A stretch of DNA of 64,000 bases, from contig CM069164.1 of NCBI GenBank assembly GCA_035221665.1, positions 11,284,001 to 11,348,000 of the forward strand, given 5' to 3'. The notes under the pieces were generated by a model, which was not told where the DNA came from, did not search any database, and was given only the letters and a program-made list of their open reading frames with translations. This DNA comes from Okamejei kenojei (taxonomy: Eukaryota). The position numbers were made by a program, and so were the translations under genes. Shown in pieces: positions 51,445-61,652 of this stretch. Within the stretch, counting starts at the first letter, position 1. The number at the start of each line of letters is the position of its first letter.

Positions 51445-52116
51445 ACTGAAACGTCGCCAATTTCTTCTCTCCATAGATGCTGCCTCACCCGCTGAGTATC
51501 TCCATCATTTTGTGTCTACCTTCGATTTTACCAGCATCTGTAGTTCTTTCTTAAACAGTTGGACCGTAGGGCCTGTTTCCACGTTGTATGTCTATAACTA
51601 CGACTAAGTGCAAAGTGGGCCAAGGAATGGCAGAATTTAACTCAAACATGTGCAGAATTATGCCTATTGAGAAGTAAAACCAGGGTAGGACATACACAGT
51701 GAATGGAAGGATCTCGGGGAGTCTTGTAGAGCAATGGGAAGTAGGGGTACATGTACATAGTCCTCTGAGAGTGACGATACAGGTAGAAAGGTTGGTGAAA
51801 AGGGCTTATCATACTCTGGCTTTCATCAGACAGGGCATTGAATACAATAGTTGGGATGCGATGATACAGTTGTACAAGGAGTTGGTGTGACCACACCTGG
51901 AATAGTGTGTGCAGTTCTGGATGCCTTGCTATCGGAGGGATGTGGCTGATCTTCCACAATGTTCACCAGGTATTGCCAGGACTGCATGGCTTGAGTTGTG
52001 AGGAAGGTCTGGATAGACTGGGACCTTTATCCCTGGAGTGGAGGAGGCAGATAAAATCATGAGAGGCACTGATAAGCCGGATTGTCATACTATTTTTCCC
52101 AGGTAGGTAAGTCTAA

Positions 52117-52323
52117 GGAGCCTGTCCCACTTACACAACCTTTACAGGAGACTGCCGGTACCTGTGATAGGTCGTGAGAGGTCTCCAGTGGTCGTGAGTG
52201 GTCTCCAAAGAGTCGTAGCGTCTTTCTGGTCGCCGCTGAATTTCCAACATGTTGAAAATTTCGGCAACCTATGGCGGGTGTCGGCAGTCGCCTGTTAAAT
52301 GTCGCGTAGGTGGGACAGGCCCT
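52117..52323. mobile_element. PIF/Harbinger-type MITE inserted in CR1
   Basis: TAA on both sides; removing it restores CR1 'gtctaaaactagagggcatagg'. Confidence 0.84.
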
Positions 52324-54296
52324 TAAAACTAGAGGGCATAGGTTGATGGTGAGAGAGGAAAAATTCGAAGGGGACCTGAGGGACCGGTTTTTCACGCCGC
52401 GGGTGACAGGTGTATGGAACGAGCTGCCAAGGGAGGGTTAGAGATACAACGCAGAAACAGGCGCTCCGGCCCACCGAGTCCGCGCAGACCAGCAGTCATG
52501 ACGCACACTGACGCTGTCCTACACACATTAGGGGCGATTTACAATTTTGCCTAAACCAATCAACGTACAAACCTGTACGTCCTCGGTGCATGTTAGGAAA
52601 CCAGAGCATCTGGAGAAAACCCACGCAGACACAGGGATAACGCACAAACTCCGTTCAGATATCACCCGTAGTCAGGATCGAACCTGGGTCTCTGGTGCTG
52701 TAAGGGTGCAACGCTGCCCCCGGCCGACCCAAAGCAGTGCCACCCCACCACCACAGGACGTGGCAGAGGATGTCAGCATCAACTGCACCAGAAAACACCC
52801 AAAGTCAATTGCGAGCATTAATTGAGACATCAATTATAAACCACTAAAATATGAGCTCTTCAAAGTCAATTACTGCTGAAATCCCACTTGAGATCTATAA
52901 TGTATAACAATCCCCAGACATGCACAGGATTAGAATCATCTGTGTTTACCCTATAGCCACATTCATCCCTACACTTGCCACTTTTGGGTAAATTGAGAAA
53001 GAATTGCATTCCGATAGCGTCGTTCACAGCCCCAGGACCAAAGCACCTCTGGGACAGTAAAGACACTTTAGAAATGCAGCCACTGTTGTAATGTGGCAGC
53101 CCATCTGGGCAGAACAAGCTCCCGCTAACGAGAACAATGGAAACTAATAATGGGGTGGAAAGTTGTACTTGGCCAGTTGCACATTTCCACCATGGGACGT
53201 ACCCCCTGAAATGTTGCTCCATTACAGCCTTATTTATATTACAGTCCCCGTTACAGTCTTTGTTACGGTAGTCTTCATTCCAGTACAGTCTTTGTTACAA
53301 TAGTCTTCCTTAAGCACAGTCTTTGTTGCAGTTCAGGCTCCATGGCAACACGGCCTTGGTTACAGTACAGTCCCAGTTACTGTACAGTTACAGAATAATT
53401 GCAGTCACGTTACACTTTGATGACAGTTCGGCCCACGGTTACACAGTACACAGTTGTAATCCCGTTCCACCTCAGAGGCACGGAAGCCTCTTTTACCACA
53501 CAGCCTCGGCAAAAAACGTGACACGTTGAATTGTAGTGCTCTTCCTCATCACAGCACAGCGTAAGGGAGAATGTATTGGAATATATAGATGGGCCCAAGA
53601 ATGTTTTTCTCAAGTTTATTGACAATGCAAAAAAAACCCGAAATCAAACTGTTTGTTCAAGGAGGTTTTCATTCACACAAAAATGCAACTATTATCTGTA
53701 GACACAGCTCCTGTCCACTGACCACCACTATACTGGCGTCGTGTAGATATCGCTAAATATATTCCCTACGATTATTCTACTTTTTAATGATACTAGACAA
53801 AGTGGGATCCAATGGGTCCCGTCCAGGTTGAAGACTATTATAATACCCAAGAATTTTCCAAGAATATGCCGTACGTGTATAAATAAAATTACGAATATGA
53901 AATTAAACACAAATATGACTCAAAAATGCATTTACATATGATTAGCCTATTTATCGCTGTTTCTCTCGGAACCTCTAGCGACCTCTCGCGGAACCCTTTA
54001 GTGTTCCGGGGAACCCCAGTTGAGAAAGGCTGCTCTATAGTGTTTTTTTTTCCTTTAGAAATGTAACGATAAATGCACTTATATTTTATGTTCTTTGGTG
54101 TGTCATCCGCTTCTGTGTGTCTGCGATGCTGCTGTCAGCAAGATTGTTAGAGTACCTGTACCTCACCTTATGCACGTTTATGACAATAAACGCAACATTA
54201 CCTAGCCGTACAAGGTGATGTGGAATACCGTGTACAGTTCTGGTCTCTACTATTGGAAGGATGTCATTAAACCTGTTTGTATGCAATGTAGATTTA

Positions 54297-54524
54297 AGGG
54301 CCTCACCCACTTTCACGATCTAATTCATGACCTTTTTTACTCGTGGACATTTTTCAACAGGCTAGAAAAACGCCCCGACCTACTTGATGCCACGAGTACC
54401 TACGACTAGCATCACGACCTACCTACAACCTACCTATGACCTTGTGACGACCATGCTGCGAGTACGAGTCAAGGGCAAACTCGGCAGAGGTCGTGAATTA
54501 GGTCGTGAAAGTGGGACAGGCCCT
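54297..54524. mobile_element. PIF/Harbinger-type MITE (A-related) inserted in CR1
   Basis: TTA on both sides; AGGGCCTCACCCACTTTCACG ... CGTGAAAGTGGGACAGGCCCT. Confidence 0.82.
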
Positions 54525-55073
54525 TTAGTGGAATGTTACTGGGCTGGAAGGTTTCAGTTACAAAGAGATGGGCGAAGGGCTGTTTCCCTGGAGCGTAGGA
54601 AGCCTGGGTTGTATAAAATCACGAGGGTCGAGATAAGGTGACTAGTCACACTTTTTTCTTCAGGACAGGGGAGTCTGAAACTGGAGGACATACTGTAAGT
54701 TTAAGGTAGACAAAAGTGCTGGAAAAACTCAGCGGGTGAGGCAGCATCCATGGAGCGAAGGAAATAGGCGACGTTTCGGGTCGAGAACTTTTTTTTCAGA
54801 TTTTCCAGCATCTGCAGTTCCTTCTTAAACATACTGCAAGTTTAAGATGAGGAGGCAAAGATTAAATTGGGATCTGAGGGGCGACCTTTCCGCTCGTGGG
54901 ATCTGTGCATAAATGGAACAAGCTGCTTGGGGAAGTGTAGGAGAAGGGTGCAATTAACACCTTTTAAAAGACCCTTGGATAAGTAGGATAGGAGATGTTT
55001 TGGGGTATATAGTCCAGGCACAGGCAAGTGGGACTAGTTTGGTTCGGCAACTTTGGTCAGCATCGACTAGTTA

Positions 55074-55386
55074 AGGGCCTGTCCCACTGTACGAGGTAAT
55101 TCAAGAGCTCTCCCGAGTTAAAAAAAAAATCAAACTCATGGTAAGCACGTAGAATTACGTAGCGGGTACGTCGCAGCTCGGGACGTCTCTTAGCGGCTCG
55201 TAACGCTCGCAGGCACTCGGGAAACGTGGTATCCTCGTGAAGACTCGTGAAGATTTTTCAACATGTTGAAAAATGTCCACGAGAGCCCCGAGTACTGACG
55301 AGCGGGCATTACCGTAATTCTCCGAGTTCGAATCCGGGGAAACTCGGGAGAACTCTTGAATTAGCTCGGACAGTGGGACAGCCCCA
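55074..55386. mobile_element. PIF/Harbinger-type MITE, subfamily C, inserted in a CR1 tail
   Basis: TTA on both sides; interior is the reverse-orientation homologue of 33923-34229. Confidence 0.85.
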
Positions 55387-56041
55387 TTAGGCTGAAGTGT
55401 TTGATTCCGTGCTGTACAGCTCTGTGACTCTCTAACTTGATGAAGGAACACTTCCTCAGTTACAAGGCCTGTGCTGTTTCCTAATTCCCAGCTTCTCATG
55501 TGCGAGTGGATCCAATTTCAGCAAAAAAGCTTTTGCAAATGCGAACGTAACAAGATATCCCACGTTCAAAGTACCCCTTTCAGCAGCTACTGAGGCCATT
55601 CAGCCCTTTCACATCTATGCCAGCTCTTTCAAAGAACATACTAATTAATCCCATTCTGCTATTACCCCAGAGCCTTGTCATCTCATTAAATTATTCATCC
55701 AATTCTCTTTTATACTAATTTTGCTTTTCTTATCCACTGCATTCCAGAGATCAGGGTGGCTAATTGAGTTAAATAATGTCTCCATACCAAATCCTTGGCC
55801 TTTATTTACTGATGTCCTTGTTTGTGTGCTGTCCTTGCTTGCGAGTGAAGGGGAATATTCATGCTTGCATTTTGTGCTGTGGTTGTGGCAGCTCCTTCTT
55901 TAATATTTAACAACCCTGGTTCAGGATTGCTGCTTTGTAAACACATAGAAACATGTTACACCTTTGTGCAGGGAGCATTTCCCTTGTACGGGTTTTCAAT
56001 GAATTAAAATAAATTGGCCTCAGTAACTAAATCTGCTGGAG

Positions 56042-56974
56042 CAGGGGTCGGCAACCTTGATCTGCATCGGGGCCGGGCGCATGTCTGTGAGCGGATGGCA
56101 GGCCACATCTATCACGTGTTCACACGGATCGCGCCACTTCGAGGACGCCACCCGGAGCACTGGCCCCCACAGATCCTATAGGGAGCAAGATAGTCCACTC
56201 GACAAAAAAGACGTAGTACGGTCATGGGCGGATTCATGGGTAATTTTTGGCCCCGTTTCCATAACCGGCTTCCGTCTCCGCACCAAAGATCCCATAGGAT
56301 AATAACGCGGAGACGGAAGCCGGTTACGGAAACATCCTCGTAAAAATCTGAGTTATCTGGTAAAAATCTTCTCATTTTCAGAATTTTAATTTATTAACAC
56401 AAACTTTTCCCCTGCAACGTTGATTACACTGTGAGTCGGCTCGGGTCCGGTTACGGAAATGGATGTAAAACAGGCCCATGTTCCGCTCGGTTGCGTTCTA
56501 CATGTCAGCCATTGCATTTAGCAGGAGCGGTCCCTCGTGCTCCACTGTAGGATCTTTGCTGGCCCTTAGTTACGGGCGCTCACCAACATGGCGCATCTAC
56601 GGACCGTTGCCTTGGCTCTGTCCTGAAGGCGGTGGCTCAAATACTCACACTCACTCATCCCCGGCCTACTGACAACCCCGATCCCGACAGTGAAGCCCAG
56701 ACACAGAAGGTGCGCGGCCGTGCCAGCGGCTTTGCGCAGGATGCGGTACAGCCAGAGCTCGGCGCCCGGCCCCGCTTGGCCGCTTGGCGGCTCTGCAACT
56801 GCAGCCACCAGCGTAGGCCTCCTTGTGTCACCGCGCCTGTGTGCCTTGGGCCCGGGAGGTACCAGAGATGTAGTGTGTGGGCCGGAATACTACGGAAAAA
56901 ATATACGCCTGCGGGCTGGATGATTCGGGTTAAGGGCCACTTTCGGCCCGGGGGCCGTAGGTTGCCGGCCCCTA
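56042..56974. mobile_element. Non-autonomous hAT-type element
   Basis: TIR CAGGGGTCGGCAACCT ... AGGTTGCCGGCCCCTA; exact 8-bp TSD TGCTGGAG at 56034-56041 and 56975-56982. Confidence 0.85.
56168..56558. mobile_element. Second hAT-type MITE nested in the element above
   Basis: CACAGATCCTATAGGGAGCA ... TGCTCCACTGTAGGATCTTTG; flanks CTGGCCCC / CTGGCCCT (8 bp, 1 mismatch). Confidence 0.7.
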
Positions 56975-58067
56975 TGCTGGAGTTTAAAAGTGAATGAACG
57001 CCTGACTGATATCGAAAAAATGGTGCAGACCTCATATTTTTCACATCTCCTTAAGGCATGGAAGTATAAGGGTAGCACAGTGATGCAGCAGTAAGGTTGC
57101 TGCCTTACAGCGCCAGAGACCCGGGTTTGATCCTGACGTAGTCTTGTTTGATCACGTAGTCATGTGCCTACAAACATCATGGTCTCCCCGTAACCTGCGT
57201 GGGTTTTCTCCGGGAGCTCCGGTTTCATCCCACACTCCAAAGATGTGCAGGTTTGTAGGTTAATTGGCTTGGTATAATTGCGAATTGTCCCCAGTGGGTG
57301 TAGGATAGTGTTAATGTGCAGGGATCGCTGGTCGTGCGTGGGCCGAATGGCCTGTTTCCGCGCTGTATCTCTAAACTATACTAAACTAGGCCATTTGGCC
57401 CGTCAAGTGTATGCTGCCTCTCAGAGGAATTTCCATCAATCCCGCTCCCCCGCTTATTTCCCTGTGTAAGCCCTCCGCAGTTTGCGATGGGGTTCTGTGC
57501 CTCAGAACTGTTCATAACTCGATCGGTTCGCAAGTTGGAAATGTGGCCGCACATTAAAAGAAACATGGGCCAACCGAGGGCAAGTGCAGGTAAACCAGGG
57601 CGTTTAACTCAACCAATTTGCAGGTATTGCCTGAACTCAGTTCCAACATGGCAGAAGATGCCCACAGCCCTGCAGCAGCGGGCAAATCTATCCCGCCAAC
57701 ACGCCAACACTCGCGGGCATGTAGGCTGTACATACGTTGGGCGATCGTAACTGGGCAGTGCCTGTAGTCTAATCTATCTCACATGTTCATTAACTCCCTC
57801 TTGACTCTCTGCCCACCTACCTGCACTGATGCCAGTACTCGCACAGTGGCGCAACTGGTAGCGTTGCTGCCTCACAACACCAGAGGCCCGGGTTTGATGC
57901 TAACCTCAGGTGCTGCCTGTGTGGAGTCTGCACGTCCTCCTCAGGCCACATGGGCTTCTTCAGGGTGCTTCCGTTCCCCCCCCCCCCCCATCCCAAAGAC
58001 ATGCGGGTTTGTAGGCTCCGTAAATTGCCCCAAATGTGTAAGCAAAGGATGTGAAAAAAGGATAACA

Positions 58068-58400
58068 TGGGGGGGGGGGGGGGGGGAGAAAGGGGGGTGG
58101 GGGAGAGAATAGTGGGAAAGGTGGGGAGAGAAAGGGGGAGTGGAGAAAGGGGAGAGGAACAGGGGAGGGGGAGAAAGGGGGAACGGGAGAAAAGGACGAT
58201 GAGAAAAGGGGGGGAGAGGGGGATAAATGGTGAAGAAAGAGGGGAAGGGAGGGAGGAAAAGGGGGGGGGGAATGGGGAGAGAGGGGGGATTAATGGGTAA
58301 AAAGGTGGGGAGGAGGGAAGGGGGAGGAGAAAGGGGCAGGAAAAAGGGGGTGGAGAGCAAGGAAGATGAAGGTAAAGGGGGAGGGGGAAAGGGGGGAGAA
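58068..58400. repeat. Purine-rich G-run low-complexity tract
   Basis: Almost entirely G/A with many G4 or longer runs. Confidence 0.85.
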
Positions 58401-59664
58401 GCCATTTAGCCCACAAATTCAAGAGCTAATCTTATTAGTCCCACCCGCTTGGTATTTTCCTCAGTCCCTACACAGTTCTGTTTTCTACAAACCCAACCCT
58501 TTTTGGAAGCCATGATGGAACCTACTCTGCCCTCTCAGACCATGAAAACGTACAGCGTGAGGCCTCTGCATCAGCCTCTGGGGACGATGTGCGCTGGGAC
58601 ACACATGGGCCGGGCAAGGCCAACAGATTTCCTTCCCTGACCAACATCAGTGAACCACATGGGTTTGCAGCCGCACGCCTTTAATCTCATGCTTCCAATT
58701 GCTGTTAATTTCAGATTCATTTAATTATCTGTCTTCAAATTCCCCAGCTACAGCACGGAGATTTTACCTTCTGTCTCCATTTAATAGTCTAGGATTCCAC
58801 GCAATGCACATAAATCAGTCCTAAATATAGTGAGCCAGGATCTCAGTCGGGATTCTTCTGATGAACATACATTGGTCTCATTATCCAGGGCTCCAGCTAC
58901 CCTTTCCCAATAGAGTCCTAGAGTCCTAGAGTCATACACTGTGGACTTGGTTACCTTGGCAATAGGTTTGGACGAAATTGGCCCAACGCAGGCAGATGGG
59001 ACTAGTATAGATTGGGGATGTTGGTCGGCGTGGGCAGGTGGGCCTGAAGGAGTCTGTGCACTGTATGACTAGGACTCTATGAGTGCAGGATAGACATTGA
59101 GCCTCTGGACACGGTGGGAGTTTATTTTAAAGAGAAAGCAAAGTTTAACTTTTCAATTGAAACAGGCCCTTCGGCCCAACTTGCCCACACACCAACCAAC
59201 ATGTCCCATCTTCACTTGTTCTACCTGCCTGAGTTTGGCCCATATCCCTCTAAACCTGCCTGTCCTGTCGACATACCTGGCTAAATGTTTCTTAAACGTT
59301 GCGATAGTACCTGCCACAACTACCTCCTCTGGCAGTTCGTTCCATACACCCACCACCCTTTGTGTGGAAAAATGTACCCTTTGTGTTCCTATTAAATGTT
59401 TCCCCCTTCACCTTAAATGATTACACGGATTAACAGGAGATCCTCAATGAAATCTGCCCTCAGCACAGTTAAAGGGTCACATCTTCTTATCTCTGAAACC
59501 AGACACTTAATGGGAGCTTGAATTTATGAACTTCAAGTGCGCTGGTAAAATAATTAGTCCTTAAGAACCTTTAAAAACACACAGCAGCCCTTCTCACCCG
59601 GGTCAGAGGATTCAGGGCTTGAGCTGAAATGTGTGCTACTGTTTCAGTGGAAGAAAACACTATC

Positions 59665-59790
59665 CTCCATTCACATAGCGCCTTTTACATCCCCAGCAGG
59701 GTGACCTGAAGCCCTTTACAGCAAGTGAGGTGCTTTTGAAGTGTGGTCACCGTTGTGTTGGGGGGATACAGCAGCCAATTTCTGCACAAG
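59665..59790 (-). mobile_element. Ancient DeuSINE (SacSINE1/AmnSINE1-like) relic; similar pieces at ~52985-53135(-), 60785-60850(+), 62730-62890(+)
   Basis: Resembles recalled Deu-domain 3' sequence (ATAGCGCCTTT...CTTTTGAAGTGT.GTCAC.GTTGT...CAGCCAATTT); from memory only. Confidence 0.5.
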
Positions 59791-59930
59791 CCTTGGAGAC
59801 AATGACTGGTGGTGTCTATAATTGTACATGGATCGGGCTGCCGGAGGAGGGATGGAATCTGAAGAAGTGTTGCAACCCAAAACATCGCCGATCCTTGTCC
59901 TTGGGAATTGCAGCCTGACCCGTTGAGTTA

Positions 59931-60139
59931 AGGGCCTGTCCCACTTGGGTGTCATTTGCACATCACGCAGATGGCAGGCGAAGATTCTAAAATCCAGGGG
60001 CGTCAATGCCTACATCATCATGCACCATGCGTGGGTAATGCGCACCATGCGCGTGGCACGACACACGCATCGTGCATCGTGACGTGTAAATGATGTCGCC
60101 TATATTACGCTCAAATGATGCCCAAGTGGCACAGGCCCT
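59931..60139. mobile_element. PIF/Harbinger-type MITE, subfamily B, inserted in a Penelope pLTR
   Basis: TTA on both sides; removing it restores the pLTR motif 'tgagttactccagca'. Confidence 0.86.
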
Positions 60140-60877
60140 TTACTCCAGCACTGTGTGTCCTTCACAGGTACCATCCCAACACTTAAGAAACATTGAGACA
60201 CTTACATGGATAGGATAGGTTTAGAGGGATATGGGCCAAAAGCTGGCAGGTGGGACTAGTGTAGAAGGGTCGGCTTCCACGCTGCATGACTATGACTGAG
60301 TCAATGTCGGACCTCAGGCCACAGGGTAGGAAAGGTGCCGTGGGACTTTTTTTGAACAAGCAAGCCGAGTTTAACTTTTCCGTTGAAAGGTCCACCTCTA
60401 ACTATGCAGCAACCCTTCGGCGTGGGACTGGGTTTGCAGGGTGGTGTCAAGGAGTTCAGCTTGTTGGATATTACAGAGAGACCTTTCTGTCTCTGGCTGA
60501 GGAGTCTCCAAGATCCCATGAAGATCTGCTGAAGAAGTGAAGGGTGGCTTCCGGTGGTCCTGTCCTTCATTCCACCCGCATCCAGCACCGAATGGGAATT
60601 ATGCCCTTCAGGGAAACTAGACGTGAGGGAGGTGGAAGGATACGGTGATAGGGTGAAAGGCAGCAGAGCAGGAGGAAGCATGCAGAGAAGACAAAGTACA
60701 GGTGGGCCAACTAGCCTGCCTCCATGCTGCGGGCTCTATGCAGTAAAGGAAAGTGCAATTGCCCAGTTATTTGTCACGCTGTTACTTTGTGGGATCTTGC
60801 TGTGTGTAGGACAACCCCTACACTTGCCTGTATAGCAAGAGTGACTGTGGTTCTCCTACACTTTATATACCGCTGCC

Positions 60878-61652
60878 CAGGCACGGAAATCGCTATCAAA
60901 ATATGAGGGGGACCGNNNNNNNNNNNNNNNNNNNNNNNNNNNNNNNNNNNNNNNNNNNNNNNNNNNNNNNNNNNNNNNNNNNNNNNNNNNNNNNNNNNNN
61001 NNNNNNNNNNNNNNNNNNNNNNNNNNNNNNNNNNNNNNNNNNNNNNNNNNNNNNNNNNNNNNNNNNNGTGAACGGTAATTTCAGCTCAATCCAGCGCTAA
61101 ATGCAGCTCAACTCTGCCTGTCTCGCCTGGTGAACCTACAGCCCTGCCTGGACTGATGACATATTTCCCGTAAGTCCAGGTAGGGCTGTAGGTTAACCTG
61201 GCGGGACAGGCAGTGTTAGCTGGATTTAGCGCTGCATCTCTGTGCTGGCTATGGACCTCGAGGCACCTCTCCCGTCTGACTCCCGACATCTCTGGCCACC
61301 CCAGGGCATGGGGGGCTCTCGGGTGGTGACGGGGAAGGTCCAGTGGCGGTCCGGCAGGGATTGCAGCACCGGAGACCCGGGATCGATCTTGGCTTTGTGG
61401 ATGAGGCACAGGTCTGTGTCCAGGGCTGCCGAGAGTATTTTTCAATTGTGACCCTATGACCTGGGCACGTCTCCCTCCTCCAATCACCGCGCTCTATCCT
61501 CAGTCCCACCCCCACTGTCTCGCGGAAAGCAGAGATTTCACCGGGTTTTAAAATCCGGATTACAAAAAAAGGGGGGGGGGGGTGGGAGGTCGTTCCTCAC
61601 CTCTCAAATCACCTCTCTAATCCCCCCTGCCTCCCCGGGACTTCCACCCATG
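60878..61652. mobile_element. hAT-type element related to 19117-19409 (contains a gap)
   Basis: Shares CACGGAAATCGCTATCAAAA and TCCGGATTACAAAA-G(n) blocks; flanks CCGCTGCC / CTGCTGCC. Confidence 0.6.

Larger units (their letters stand above)
50810..52435 (+). mobile_element. Two tandem decayed CR1-like fragments, interrupted by a Penelope pLTR (~51350-51555) and a MITE (52117-52323)
   Basis: DLGVQVHSSLKV, LYKELV and HLE-type motifs; CR1 3' tail resumes after the insertions. Confidence 0.75.

Noticed and set aside
53220-54040. TTACAGT-rich degenerate repeat followed by a hAT-like right end (GTTGAGAAAGGCTG)
   Set aside because: No matching left TIR or TSD could be located, so element boundaries are unsupported.
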